Shown here: positions 50,841 to 60,806 of the stretch, in pieces
How the letters are laid out: every line of letters begins with the position of its first letter
Numbering within the stretch: position 1 is the stretch's first letter
Assembly (NCBI GenBank): GCA_963791045.1
Contig: CAWBQK010000009.1
Location: 128,001 to 192,000 of the forward strand
Direction of reading: 5' to 3'
Source of the DNA: Candidatus Latescibacterota bacterium
GTDB taxonomy: Bacteria > Krumholzibacteriota > Krumholzibacteriia > WVZY01
Length of the DNA: 64,000 nucleotides
The notes under the pieces: model-generated
The model's database searches: none
What the model saw: only the letters and a program-made list of their open reading frames with translations
What the model was told of the DNA's origin: nothing
Made by a program: the position numbers and the translations under genes

Positions 50841-51512
50841 CTATCGATTCCCCATACGAATCCCCGCGAACGCATCACCCTTCATCGGCGCCCATGCATG
50901 TCCGGTGTACACGAGTTCGGGCTTGAGTGCTTGCAAACGCTCGATACTCCGCGCCAACTGGTCCCAGTCATTCGCATAGAAGAGCTGAGCGTGCGGCCAC
51001 CACCGCGACGATACGAGGTCGCCGGCAAACGCGATTCGATCTTCGACAAAAAGCGTGGTTGATCCCGGTGTGTGCCCGGGTGTGTGGAGAGATACCGCGT
51101 CGATCCCGAACTCGTCCATCCGCATCTCGTCTTCGAGAAGGATGTCCGGTTCGACCGACTCGGGCCCGATAAATCTGTTGACCGCCGGCATGATGGCTTT
51201 GACCACCGTTCCCCAACTGCGGGTGTGACCCAGCGGCGTCTCCCCCAGGGCCATCGCGCCGGCGTCGGCTGGGTGGATGGCGATCGGGGCTCCGGTCAGT
51301 TTTTTGACCGCGGCGGCGCTGCCGTAGTGATCGAGATGAGCATGAGTGATATAAATGAGGGTAAGCGGTTTGGGCGTGACCTTCCGGACGTGCTCGAGAA
51401 TCAGCTTTTCCTTCCCCACCGATCCGGCATCGACGAGGACGGCGCTTTCCACTCCCTCGACAAGATAGACCCACCCGATCCCCGCCTTGAATCTGTGGAC
51501 CACAACAGCCAT
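50841..51512 (-). CDS. MBL-fold metallo-hydrolase
   Basis: THAHLDHYG, TPGHTPG, AGD and TGH motifs. Confidence 0.92.
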   Translation of the reverse strand: MAVVVHRFKAGIGWVYLVEGVESAVLVDAGSVGKEKLILEHVRKVTPKPLTLIYITHAHLDHYGSAAAVKKLTGAPIAIHPADAGAMALGETPLGHTRSWGTVVKAIMPAVNRFIGPESVEPDILLEDEMRMDEFGIDAVSLHTPGHTPGSTTLFVEDRIAFAGDLVSSRWWPHAQLFYANDWDQLARSIERLQALKPELVYTGHAWAPMKGDAFAGIRMGNR

Positions 51513-51793
51513 TCCATTGTCTTGTCTAGAGTTATACGATCGTGCCTGTGGACTATAAAAAAGAGAGCCGGGCAACACCATAGGTGTTCATCGCCGCCCG
51601 GCTCAATACAAATCGCATAGAACTAGCTGCAGAACCTTCCCAATTGTTTTCTTGCCGGAAAGTACTAATCAGCTCGATATGAGATTTGCAACCATATGAA
51701 TTGTAGCACACAAATATAGATTTTGCGCTACAACTTTGTTGAGAATTTATTGTCGGTTCACTTGTCCATCTTCGGCAGAAACGACGCATCCAC

Positions 51794-51821
51794 TTGACAT
51801 CGGGGGATTTGACGCTACTGT
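51794..51821 (+). promoter_or_regulatory. Possible sigma70 promoter of the aldo/keto reductase
   Basis: TTGACA-N16-TACTGT in the divergent intergenic region. Confidence 0.35.
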
Positions 51822-51953
51822 CAGAGACACACCGGCCGCCCGGGCCTTACCGGGGAGGTCTATCTTCCCCCCTCTGGCGCCCCGGAGCCACCTACAGATC
51901 GCGCCGCCTCGCGCGACCGCGCGCCGGAGACCCGTGACAAAGAGAGGAAAACG

Positions 51954-53003
51954 ATGAAATACAAACTCCTGGGCCGAAGCGGTCTTCGCGTATCGGAACT
52001 CGCCCTGGGCACGATGACATTTGGCGAGGAGTGGGGGTGGGGCGCGTCGCGCGAAGAGAGCCAAAAGATGTTCGACGCCTTCGCCGACGCCGGAGGTAAT
52101 TTCATCGACACGGCGAATCGCTACACCGAAGGCACCAGCGAAAAGTATGTCGGCGAATTTATCGCGGCCGACCGCGAGCACTTTGTCGTCGCGACCAAGT
52201 ACACACTCTTTACGCGCCGTGAAGATCCCAACGCATGCGGCAACCACCGCAAGAACATGGTCCAGGCGGTCGAAGCAAGCCTCAAACGGCTCGGTACCGA
52301 ATACATCGATCTCTTCTGGCTGCACGCATGGGATTTCACCACACCGGTCGACGAAGTGATGCGGGCGTTCGACGATCTCGTCCGCGCGGGAAAGGTTCTC
52401 TACATCGGAGTCTCCGACACACCGGCGTGGATCGTTTCACAGGCGAACATGCTTGCCGACCTGCGTGGGTGGACGCCTTTCGTCGGCCTTCAGATCCGTT
52501 ACAGCCTCCTGGACCGTACTGCCGAGTCCGATCTTCTACCGATGGCAAGGGCGCTCGATATCGGCGTGACGCCGTGGAGTGTTCTTGGAGCCGGTGTCCT
52601 CACGGGAAAGTACAATCGCGCGAATCCTCCGAAAGAGGGACGGGCGAAGGACGGTGCCGCCAAGATCGATCGCAACCTCAAAATCGCAAACGAGGTCATG
52701 ACGGTCGCCAAGGAACTCGACTGCACTCCTTCGCAGGTGGCAATCAGCTGGGTCGATCAACAGCCCGGGCAGATCGTTCCGATTCTCGGCGGACGTAATC
52801 TCAAGCAGCTAAAAAACAACCTGGGCTCGCTCGACGTCACACTCTCTCCTGATCACATGAAGAAACTCGACGAAGCCAGCCGGGTCGACCTCGGGTTCCC
52901 TCACAATTTTCTCAATGAGGATAATATACGCGACATCGTCTATGGCGGAACCTACGACAAGATTCACAACCACAGGCGGCGGTGGTCAGGAGAGTCGTTT
53001 TAG
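51954..53003 (+). CDS. Aldo/keto reductase
   Basis: LGRSGLRVSELALGTMTFG, NFIDTANRY, VATKY and YIDLFWLH motifs. Confidence 0.95.
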   Translation: MKYKLLGRSGLRVSELALGTMTFGEEWGWGASREESQKMFDAFADAGGNFIDTANRYTEGTSEKYVGEFIAADREHFVVATKYTLFTRREDPNACGNHRKNMVQAVEASLKRLGTEYIDLFWLHAWDFTTPVDEVMRAFDDLVRAGKVLYIGVSDTPAWIVSQANMLADLRGWTPFVGLQIRYSLLDRTAESDLLPMARALDIGVTPWSVLGAGVLTGKYNRANPPKEGRAKDGAAKIDRNLKIANEVMTVAKELDCTPSQVAISWVDQQPGQIVPILGGRNLKQLKNNLGSLDVTLSPDHMKKLDEASRVDLGFPHNFLNEDNIRDIVYGGTYDKIHNHRRRWSGESF

Positions 53004-54975
53004 AGGAAGCACGGCGGCAAGCACGAGAACAAGCCAGCCAATAATTGAAATCATACCCGGCCAAAGAGGCGGGCTGAACTCCAGCGTAAGATTGTGATTT
53101 CCCGGCGGGATCCATTTGACCTGCATGAGCCCCGACCGACCGACGCCAAGCTCGGCGCCTTCAATTCCCTCTGCTTTCCAAAACGGGTGGTACGCGACCT
53201 TCGCAAGAAGCGACGTCCCGTTGTCGTCCGTTTTGACGTTCGCCTCGATCCGTCCCGTTGCGTACTCGGTGACATCGATGGCGGCGTTTCCGTCCAGGGG
53301 TTCGATCCACCCGGGGGCGGCGTCGGGCGCGGCTCCGCGGCCGACCGCGAATACGGTGAACCGCCCGATCTCCGCGAGCCGCTCGAACACACCAGCGCTG
53401 TTTATCCGCGCGGCGAGGACCGGGTTCGCCACGACCAGGTGCGTGGCGTTTGTCATCCGCATGCGCGCCTGTAGTTCGGCGATGTGCTCTTCGCGCGTCA
53501 CCCTCATACCGTAGAGCAAATCGATCTGCCCCATCACCCAGGTCTTTGACTTAAAAGGAACGACGCCGTAGTACGGGACCGAGCTGGCGGACACCGGCTT
53601 CGTGAGCGGTCAGTGAAAGCACATGCGACCGCGCGAGTTCCGCGTTCTCCGGTGGCGTCATGAAGGTATCCTGGAGATACACCCGACCCCAGTCGCCGCT
53701 TTTGTTTTTATCGAGCCACGTCCAGAGCGCGCGGACGTCGGTCATTTCTCTGCTGTTCTTCTTTGGCGACGCCGCGCGAAGCGGCGCACCCCACCAGACG
53801 CAGAGACCGACACACACAGCCGCCGACACCCATCGCGCCCAGACACGCCTGGGAACAAGACCGTTATCCGCAAGCGCCGCAAGCAGAGGAATTGCGCCGA
53901 GCGCGAGCCCCAGGCGGACGAAATAGATGAGCCGCCAGCTGACCGGGCCAAAGATCCGCGCGTTCGACGTGGGCGCCACAAAGGCGACGAGAACGAGGAC
54001 GACTAGCGCGGTGAGCAGACCGTAAAGGGTGAATTCGATTTTTCTTCTTCTGCGGAGCGCCGCACCGGCAAACCCCGCCGCGGCTAGAAGCCACATCGGA
54101 ATCGCGTCGATCATCGTGCGCGCGGTCAGACTCGGGGCCTCTCCTTTTACAAGATCGATGATCTCTGTCGGAAAGAGCCAGCGCGCAAACACCATCGCCG
54201 GCGCAAGGTTTTGCGGCGTGAATGTCACGCTTTCCGACGAAAGCGCCATCGGCAACCAGTAAGACGCGGCGGCGAGGAGGCCGGCGACAGCGGCAACGGC
54301 CTGGAAACCGAGTTGTTTGAGGCCGGTTCGTTTGAAAAGCGAGTATGCCAGGTGGATGACGCCGGTGATGGCGAGAGGGACAACAACAAAGAGATGGGTC
54401 GACGCGATCAACCCAACCAGGAGCCCGATCCAAACAAAATCACGGCGCGAGCGAACGGGTTCGATGAGCCGCCGGATGAGAACCAGCCACAACGCGGCGG
54501 CGAGATAGTAGGTCCACATACCGCCGAGCGGAGAACCGAGCCCGACGAGCGACGGGTGCTGAATGAGCAGTACGTACGCGAGGAGACCGGCGAGGACGGG
54601 ACTTAAGCTACGCCTCGCAACATAATAAAGCGCGAGCGGCGGGGCGATAAAGCCGACAAAAAGCATCAGCGCGTACAAAAAACCCGCGGGCAGGCCGAAG
54701 CGCGCGAGCATCCCGAGTGTGCCGTACCAGAAGGGCGAGTGGAGGGTTCCGACCGGAAAACCGCAGAACGCGATGTCCGACCATCCCTGGAACTGTTCTT
54801 CGGCCAGGCTGTGAATCTCGGCGAGATGCGATGAGTTGTCCGCGTATGTGAAGTACCCGCCCGAGAGAATCGGCCACGCGAGAACGAGCGCGGCAAGGAG
54901 CAGAGCGGCAACCGCGATCCGGTCCTCGTTTGCGGATCCTCTTGAGTTCGTGGATGTCGGGTTTTCCCGGGACAC
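52986..54975 (-). CDS. Polytopic membrane protein, YfhO / PTPS-related (GT-C-like), one frameshift at ~53576
   Basis: ADNSSHL...GWSDIAFCGFP; many TM helices. QLG[c]PYYGVVPF joins the two ORFs. YfhO-like C-terminus KVAYHPFWKA...PPGNHNLTLEF plus a final TM. Confidence 0.7.
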
Positions 54976-55437
54976 TTACTTTTCGTCCTTCGTCATGGTC
55001 TCTATAAGATCGGGGAGTTTTTCAACAAAAGCCTTTATCTCATCGCGAACCCGGCGGTAATGGCCGAGCGCTTCCTCTTCGGTCTTCGCATCCTTCGCGA
55101 GCGCCGGCGGATCGTCGAACCCCACGTGAATCGTTTTCACATCCGCCCCGAACACCGGACAGCTCTTCCGCGCGTTGTCGCACACCGTGATCACCAAGTC
55201 AAAATGCTCGTCCTTGAATTCGTCCACGTGCGTCGACTGGTGCCCCGAAATATCCACCCCGGCCTCGGCCATCACTTTTACCGCGTTGGGATTGAGGCCG
55301 TGTGTCTCCACGCCGGCGGACGCGGCGTCTACGGAATCGCTTGCAAGTGCCTGCGCCCACCCTTCGGCCATCTGGCTCCGGCACGAGTTGCCCGTGCAGA
55401 GAAAGAGTACCTTGGTTTTGTCGTCGTTCCCCACCAT
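54976..55437 (-). CDS. arsC: Arsenate reductase ArsC, thioredoxin-dependent (LMW-PTP fold)
   Basis: FLCTGNSCRSQMAEG, TVCDNARKSCP and FDDPP motifs. Start at 55437 or 55452. Confidence 0.9.
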   Translation of the reverse strand: MVGNDDKTKVLFLCTGNSCRSQMAEGWAQALASDSVDAASAGVETHGLNPNAVKVMAEAGVDISGHQSTHVDEFKDEHFDLVITVCDNARKSCPVFGADVKTIHVGFDDPPALAKDAKTEEEALGHYRRVRDEIKAFVEKLPDLIETMTKDEK

Positions 55438-55566
55438 CGCGGGATTCTCCAATGGACTGGGTTGAACCGGATTGTTGGGTGATTATAGACGGATGCGCAT
55501 GCGGGCTCAAGGACTCCCGTCGGGCTTCCCCGTCGATACCGATGGACTGATTTCCACCCTCCCACT

Positions 55567-57918
55567 ATGATCGAATACCCAAGGAGGTTCATACCAGTGG
55601 CCAGACTCTCATTTCTCATAATAATTGTAATTTGCGCTTCGACGGCCATCGCCGATCCCGGCATCACCACCGTCGATTTTCTCGAAGGCGCAGGAGTTGA
55701 AATCAACGCCGCGGGCCCCGTCCTCGTCCAGATGGATGAAGGCCGCAACCGCCTCGTCGCGGCAAACACGCTGACGTCGTCGATCTCACTTATCGACTGT
55801 GCCTCGCGGGCCGTGAAGAACATCGCGCTCGCCGACCGGGCTCTCCAGCATCTTAAAGCCGAGGCGATGTCGATCAACCGTGCGACCGGCGGGATTTACC
55901 TTATCGGCACACGGTGCGTCCACATCGTCGATCCGGAGAAGGGGTCCGCGCGAACGGTCGAGACCGATGTTCAGTACGAATCAATCGCCATCGATGAAGC
56001 CACGGGCAATGTGTATGTCGCCGGGCGTGAGAGCGCCACGCTTGGTGTTATCAAGCCCGGATCGAAAAAGATCAAACACATCGATTGGCTCGAACACAAA
56101 GAACAGCTGATAAATCTCAACGCGACACCACCGCCCCCAATCAGAAAGGTATTCTGCGATCCCGCGCTCGAACGAGTGATTGCCGTGGACGGGTTCACGT
56201 CGACGCTCCATCTTTTCGATTCCAAAAAAATAAAACACGTGTCGAGCCGCCCGCTGGCGCTGACGAGCGGCGGCCGCTGGCACCTGGGCGGGTACGACAC
56301 GGCCCGGCATCGGCTCTTTGTGGTTGTCGAGACCGACAAGCGCAAAGTCATCGAAGCGATTTCTATCGACATCGTGGAAGACGACGACGTGGTGGTCGCG
56401 CTACCGGAATACACCGAGGGTGTCGGTGTTATCTACAACCCCAAACGAGGGGACGTTTACATCCCGTATGACAACCAGGCGTCGGTTCACGTGGCCGGGT
56501 TCGAGAACGGCGGAACTCTGGACGAGATATTGATACCCACGTTTGGCAATGACGCGAGCGCTATCAACCTCGAACGCGATCTCTTGTACGTGGCCAGCTG
56601 GGCACAGGGCGAAGTCGATGTGATCGATCTCAAATCGAGGACTCTCGTTAAACGGATCGAGAATCTCGGAATTATCCCGCACATGTTTACGATGGCCTTC
56701 AACCCGGCAAACAACCGGATCTACTATTCAAAAGGAGCGTCGGCGGTCAACGGCACCTTTGGCGCGGCGGTCACCGAACTCGATCCCGAGACCGAGGAGA
56801 CGACAAAAATACGAACGGGTTGGGCGCCCATCGACCTCGTCGAGGTTCCCGACAGGGGCGAGTTTTTTGTGTTCAACTCGGAGAACCAGTTCGCCGTCGT
56901 GAGACCCGACGGATCGTATGATGTCCACGACCTGCCGTTTGATTATCCCGTGTGCGCCGCGCTCAACAACGTTGGAGATATCTATCTGTCGTACGGCCCG
57001 CATCAGTCGTACTGGCCGACGGTGTATATCTGGGGCGCCCGGAACGGCATACTATCCATCGATCCCGCAACCCTCGAATTCTACGACCGGCGAATCCCGC
57101 GGCAGGCGCAGCGGATGGTGATAGGCGGCGACGGCGTGGCGTATTTCCCGCAGAACAACTGGGGCAAGGAAGAGCAATTTATCGGAACGCTCGAAGACGG
57201 CGTCCGTCTCTTTGATATCAACAAGAGAGTTCATCTCGTGGATGAGGTTCAGCGTGAAATCACACAACGAATTCTCGAGTATGATGCCGATTTGAACCGG
57301 CTCTACCTGGTTCGCATCGGCGAAACGGATGATGAGCGCGGGATGTTGTTTATCGTAGACCCTGTTGAGAAAAAAGTCGTCGAGCGTGTACCGCTCGGGC
57401 TCACGACAACCGACCTCATTTTTGATAACGAGAATATCTACGCGGCCAATTTCGACTCGGGGAATGTGTCGGTGATCGACAAGCGAACCTTCGCGTCCAC
57501 TGAACTGCCAACCGGCGAAAAACCGCTCAAGCTCCGCGGGGTTGCCGGGACCGTCTATGCAATCGATCACAACGGACACACGCTTCACGAAGTCCGCGAG
57601 GGCGGCAAACACTACAGAATCCCCGGCAAGGGATATCCGGACAATCTTTTTGCGTGGCGCGGCAAGGTTGTCGTTACCTCTCACAGCGCGGACAAACTCG
57701 ATGTCTCTTTGTTCGATCCGGAGAGCCGTTCGTTCGACAGCCTCCACAAAATCGAGTACCCGTACGGAAACACCCGTTTCGACACGGCCAACGTGTCCTT
57801 CTTTGTCCGTGGACAATATGGCGATGTCGTTTTTGAAATCACGCGCGCCCTTATCGACAAAGACGACCGCCTGTGGATCACCGATTTTCTCTCGGGCAAA
57901 CTCTTCATCATCGAGTAA
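55567..57918 (+). CDS. Large exported YncE/YVTN-like beta-propeller protein
   Basis: Signal-like N-terminus; repeats RLVAANTLTSSISLID, LLYVASWAQGEVDVID and IYAANFDSGNVSVID. Confidence 0.75.
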   Translation: MIEYPRRFIPVARLSFLIIIVICASTAIADPGITTVDFLEGAGVEINAAGPVLVQMDEGRNRLVAANTLTSSISLIDCASRAVKNIALADRALQHLKAEAMSINRATGGIYLIGTRCVHIVDPEKGSARTVETDVQYESIAIDEATGNVYVAGRESATLGVIKPGSKKIKHIDWLEHKEQLINLNATPPPPIRKVFCDPALERVIAVDGFTSTLHLFDSKKIKHVSSRPLALTSGGRWHLGGYDTARHRLFVVVETDKRKVIEAISIDIVEDDDVVVALPEYTEGVGVIYNPKRGDVYIPYDNQASVHVAGFENGGTLDEILIPTFGNDASAINLERDLLYVASWAQGEVDVIDLKSRTLVKRIENLGIIPHMFTMAFNPANNRIYYSKGASAVNGTFGAAVTELDPETEETTKIRTGWAPIDLVEVPDRGEFFVFNSENQFAVVRPDGSYDVHDLPFDYPVCAALNNVGDIYLSYGPHQSYWPTVYIWGARNGILSIDPATLEFYDRRIPRQAQRMVIGGDGVAYFPQNNWGKEEQFIGTLEDGVRLFDINKRVHLVDEVQREITQRILEYDADLNRLYLVRIGETDDERGMLFIVDPVEKKVVERVPLGLTTTDLIFDNENIYAANFDSGNVSVIDKRTFASTELPTGEKPLKLRGVAGTVYAIDHNGHTLHEVREGGKHYRIPGKGYPDNLFAWRGKVVVTSHSADKLDVSLFDPESRSFDSLHKIEYPYGNTRFDTANVSFFVRGQYGDVVFEITRALIDKDDRLWITDFLSGKLFIIE

Positions 57919-57933
57919 AAACCTGACGAGATC

Positions 57934-57954
57934 GGGCCGCCCGCGGGGCGGCCC
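57934..57954. other. Perfect GC hairpin downstream of the propeller gene
   Basis: GGGCCGCCC-GCG-GGGCGGCCC; no U-tract follows. Confidence 0.5.
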
Positions 57955-58087
57955 ATTCCCCCTCCACTTCCCCGAAAAAAAGGACTGGACTCTTATAGGA
58001 GTGTTGTGATACTCTTATTAGAGCCTAACAAGAGCGAAATCCGGGCTCCGCACTGGCGGAGACAGGCACTCAACCGGTTTAATTGCA

Positions 58088-59044
58088 ATGGCTTACACCT
58101 CTTCGCCGAGGAGATCCGCCGTGGTTGAGAGATTTGCACCAGAGAGTATCCACCCCCCTCACCGGAATCTGGAGTTTGCCCGTCGATTTCAGCTTTGGAT
58201 TTTCGCCGTCATCGTGGTTCTCGCGCTCCTCATCGGTAACACGATCCGGCCCGATCTGTTTCCGTTATCCGGTCACCACGCGGTTCTCGCACCCATCACC
58301 ATTCTTCTCCTTTTCTTCTCGGCTCTGGTCTGCGAGTACGTCGACTCGAGCCTCGGAATGGGGTACGGAACAACCCTTACGCCGCTTCTTCTCCTGGCCG
58401 GGTTCGAGCCGCTGCAGATCGTACCGGCGGTGCTCCTGAGCGAATTTGTTTCCGGAATGGGCGCGGCGGTGATGCACCAACGCGACGGCAATGTTGATTT
58501 TCTGCACGACGCGCGTGCACGCAAGATCGCACTCCTGCTCTCGGCGCTCAGTATTGTCGGCGCGGCGGCCGCCGTCGCCGTTGCGGTAAGCATATCCAAG
58601 TTCTGGCTGACCCTCTTTATCGCGTCGATCATCCTCTCCGTCGGTGTCGTCATTGTCGCGACAAGCCGGCGAAGACTCGCATACAAGCAGGGGCACATTA
58701 TCGTGCTCGGCGCGATTGCTGCTTTCAACAAAGCGCTCAGCGGCGGCGGATACGGACCGCTGGTTACGGGCGGACAGGTCGTGTCGGGGATTTCGGCGAA
58801 GCAGGCGGTCGCGATCACATCGCTCGCCGAGAGCCTCACATGTTTTGTCGGGCTCGTGATCTATTCCATCGTCAAGGGCATGCCCGACTGGTGGCTCGCC
58901 ATTCCATTGACGCTAGGCGCCGCTCTTTCGGTGCCGATGGCCACACTCACCGTGCGTAAACTTCCCGAAAAGTTTGTTCGCACCAGCATTGGGTTCGCTA
59001 CGCTTTTGCTCGGCACATTGACACTGATCAAGCTTTTCACATAG
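58088..59044 (+). CDS. TauE/SafE (TSUP) sulfite exporter family protein
   Basis: EYVDSSLGMGYGTTLTP and NKALSGGGYGP motifs; multiple TM helices. Confidence 0.88.
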   Translation: MAYTSSPRRSAVVERFAPESIHPPHRNLEFARRFQLWIFAVIVVLALLIGNTIRPDLFPLSGHHAVLAPITILLLFFSALVCEYVDSSLGMGYGTTLTPLLLLAGFEPLQIVPAVLLSEFVSGMGAAVMHQRDGNVDFLHDARARKIALLLSALSIVGAAAAVAVAVSISKFWLTLFIASIILSVGVVIVATSRRRLAYKQGHIIVLGAIAAFNKALSGGGYGPLVTGGQVVSGISAKQAVAITSLAESLTCFVGLVIYSIVKGMPDWWLAIPLTLGAALSVPMATLTVRKLPEKFVRTSIGFATLLLGTLTLIKLFT

Positions 59045-59072
59045 AGAACTCCCGGAACACGCCCGAAAAAAG

Positions 59073-59116
59073 AAAACGCCCGCGGGTCTGGATCGTCGAT
59101 CTTCCGCGGGCGTTTT
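59073..59116. terminator. Bidirectional terminator-like inverted repeat
   Basis: AAAACGCCCGCGG-N18-CCGCGGGCGTTTT (13-bp perfect arms) between convergent genes. Confidence 0.65.
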
Positions 59117-59163
59117 GAGATCCGTGCGGCGGACCTCATCTCTATTATTGTGCGTGAGCGCGG

Positions 59164-60051
59164 CTACCGAACGAGCATCGCTTTGGCAAACGCTCCGTGG
59201 AGGCGGCCGATGAGCTTGGCCACGTGCATCGTGAGAAGCAGCCACAACACACCCACAACCACCATGAACGGCACCAACCAGTCCGGCGCGTAGTATGACG
59301 AATGCCCCGCGTGTACTATCGGCACATCGAAGCCCCACTGGACGACAGGCATAAGCACTCCCGCCAAACCGAACGCGATCATCGTAACCAGAACGGTGAA
59401 GTAGATAATCCCGAGAGGCATCTGGAGAATCATGTATATCATCGCAAACCACGGACGCGAATCCAGCACCAACGCTTTGAAGCGACTCCAGAATCCGTCG
59501 TGTTTCTTTGTGAACAAGGGACGCCGTGGCATCCGCACGCCGAGAAGCGCCTCGACGATCCGTCCTTCCACGAGGGTTATGCCTCGGATCGACAAAAAGA
59601 AAAGAGCGACAAAAGGCAGTCCAATGATGAGGATGATCAGACCCGCCGCGAGGGACAAACCCGACACAACCCATGTAAAATAGAAAATCCCCGTCGCCAT
59701 CGCGATGAGCATGTACACGAGCGCGCCGTATGCGTGCGGATCGATGAACACACCAAAAAACTTTGCGGCCAACGACCGTTCGCCCGTGCTTTTGCGCGGA
59801 GCCAGGGGCGGTCCGACGCGGGCTTCGATCTGTGTGTAGGCGGCCGCGATATCGGCCGGCGCCCCGAACTCTTCCACAACCTGTGCGAGGGCATCCGCGT
59901 GATTCAATTCCGGGTGAGCGGAGGCCAGCTGATCGACGCCGTCTCTCAGATATTCCTCGGCATCGGCGAGCGCATCCTGGATCGTCGCCGGATCGCTTCC
60001 GGTTAGAGCCTGTCTGAGCTGACCGAGATATTTCTCGATACCGTTAGTCAT
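59164..60051 (-). CDS. Membrane protein with N-terminal HAAS-like helical domain and putative-sensor membrane domain
   Basis: IEKYLGQLRQAL...DAEEYL...VVEEFGAPADIA (HAAS-like); TGIFYFTWVV and LPLGIIYF-type segments; overlaps the padR stop. Confidence 0.8.
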   Translation of the reverse strand: MTNGIEKYLGQLRQALTGSDPATIQDALADAEEYLRDGVDQLASAHPELNHADALAQVVEEFGAPADIAAAYTQIEARVGPPLAPRKSTGERSLAAKFFGVFIDPHAYGALVYMLIAMATGIFYFTWVVSGLSLAAGLIILIIGLPFVALFFLSIRGITLVEGRIVEALLGVRMPRRPLFTKKHDGFWSRFKALVLDSRPWFAMIYMILQMPLGIIYFTVLVTMIAFGLAGVLMPVVQWGFDVPIVHAGHSSYYAPDWLVPFMVVVGVLWLLLTMHVAKLIGRLHGAFAKAMLVR

Positions 60052-60418
60052 TCTCATTTCCTTTCAGCGTCGAATCCACGAATGTTTTTGTTTGATCCCA
60101 GATCTCCACCCAGCGGTTGAGGGCTTCGCGCCCCTCGTCAATGATCGTGTAATAACGCCGCGGCGGACCGGACACCGACGGTTCGATCCTGCTCTCGAGA
60201 AAACCGTTGTTCTCGAGCGATCTGAGCACGGGATAAAGCGAGCCGTGCTTCATTATCGGAATATTCACCGCGGTTTTCTCGATCCGCTTGGCGATCTGAT
60301 ACCCGTACATCGGCTCCGTTGCACGGTCCAGGACACTGAGAAGCACGAGGGACACGGTCCCCGCGTTCAGCTCCTTCTGGAATTTCTTGCTCGCCGGATT
60401 GGTATCGTTCACTGTCAT
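60044..60418 (-). CDS. PadR family transcriptional regulator
   Basis: EPMYGYQIAK, GSLYPVLRSLE and GPPRRYYTI motifs. Confidence 0.95.
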   Translation of the reverse strand: MTVNDTNPASKKFQKELNAGTVSLVLLSVLDRATEPMYGYQIAKRIEKTAVNIPIMKHGSLYPVLRSLENNGFLESRIEPSVSGPPRRYYTIIDEGREALNRWVEIWDQTKTFVDSTLKGNEND

Positions 60419-60540
60419 GTCACCTTTCCTCATGTCGAACGCTTCCCCATCTCATTCGTGGGGCTTATGTGTCCGCCGCGCCGGCGGTGGGGTCTCGAAT
60501 AGTATGAATTTGCCTATATGTCTCATTTGCCAATACTCAC

Positions 60541-60562
60541 TAGTTAGTATTACTACTAACTA
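60541..60562. promoter_or_regulatory. Perfect inverted repeat, probable PadR operator
   Basis: TAGTTAGTA-ttac-TACTAACTA, next to a minus-strand TTGACT hexamer (60575-60570) upstream of padR. Confidence 0.65.
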
Positions 60563-60806
60563 TCACATTAGTCAAGAGCAAAATTTGTTGATTTGACACA
60601 GCCGCGCCCGACAAGTCCCCTTGTCATCCTGTAACCGTCTCAAAATAAATGGGATAACCATGAATTTTTTTGAACCCCAGCACGTATTTTTCCCGTAGAA
60701 TAGTCTATGGGTCGCCCCGGCGGGCTCGCGGAGATTCGAAATCCCGCCCGGGTATCCCCCCCACAACCTGTTATGTCACGCAGAATCGTATAAAGGGAGG
60801 AACACC

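Noticed and set aside
58011-58075. Possible SAM-I riboswitch (CTCTTAT...GAG start) before tauE
   Set aside because: Lacks the GAGGGA..GGCCC, GCAACC and GTGC core segments.
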